Part shown: positions 63,856 through 64,000 of the stretch, in pieces
How positions within the stretch are numbered: position 1 is the first letter of the stretch
Layout: every line of letters begins with the position of its first letter
Origin: a virus
Strand: one strand, 5' to 3'
Virus record (IMG/VR): IMGVR_UViG_3300030109_006161
Location: 32,001 to 96,000 of that record
DNA length: 64,000 nucleotides
The notes under the pieces: generated by a model
Seen by the model: only the letters and a program-made list of their open reading frames with translations
The model's database searches: none
Told to the model about the DNA's origin: nothing
Program-made: the position numbers and the translations under genes

Positions 63856-64000
63856 TAGATGCTCCTTCGGTCGGCATTATTTATGCATACCCTTTTTCTT
63901 TTCTTCCTCTAAACCTTTCCTCAACAATTCACCAACGCTGGGTCCTCTGTCCTCCGGGACAAGCTCAGCGGCACATGTTGGACAGTGAAAAAGTTTGCCC
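63855..64000 (-). CDS. Partial hypothetical protein with CxxC (start outside window)
   Basis: ...GKLFHCPTCAAELVPED...; TAATG-coupled to the next gene. Confidence 0.45.

Noticed and set aside
1-64000. Bacterial chromosome or eukaryotic giant virus origin
   Set aside because: A gp55-like sigma, baseplate/fibre genes and many small orphan ORFs argue against a cell; SD sites, sigma70 promoters, tmRNA and an M23 peptidase argue against a eukaryotic virus

Overview
This window is a 64 kb segment of a large (jumbo/T4-like) dsDNA bacteriophage genome, not a cellular chromosome. It is densely coded, almost all on the minus strand, AT-rich in most places (about a third GC where I spot-counted), and uses the standard code with Shine-Dalgarno sites. 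In order: baseplate/M23 virion genes and a gp55-like late sigma factor (1-4.8 kb); a ~20.5 kb cluster of NDP-sugar and glycosyltransferase genes (4.8-25.3 kb) that includes a fungal-type GT15; a Cas4/AddB-like nuclease, zincin, PIN-PhoH and a complete tmRNA (25-28.5 kb); putative virion/internal proteins, a serine protease, a Myxococcota-style Cys-repeat vWA lipoprotein, a J-domain protein and a repeat-rich fibre (28.7-41.1 kb); five tRNAs including a rare tRNA-Ser(AGA) and a tRNA-Ile2(CAU) near a minimal TilS (41.3-43.4 kb); a eukaryote-type PMM, a cysteine synthase and a full yeaH-spoVR-prkA operon (44-51 kb); a PilX-like gene, an Smr protein and a tandem array of six SH3/KOW-like mini-proteins (53.7-56.5 kb); and a partly higher-GC early region with a MoxR-vWA pair, a DNA methyltransferase and a zinc-knuckle protein (56.7-64 kb). 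Two regulatory signatures recur: six copies of a sigma70 promoter-leader cassette with an invariant 16-bp spacer, and a short [AC]TANNTA candidate late-promoter motif. All protein calls come from motif recognition only; no database searches were run.
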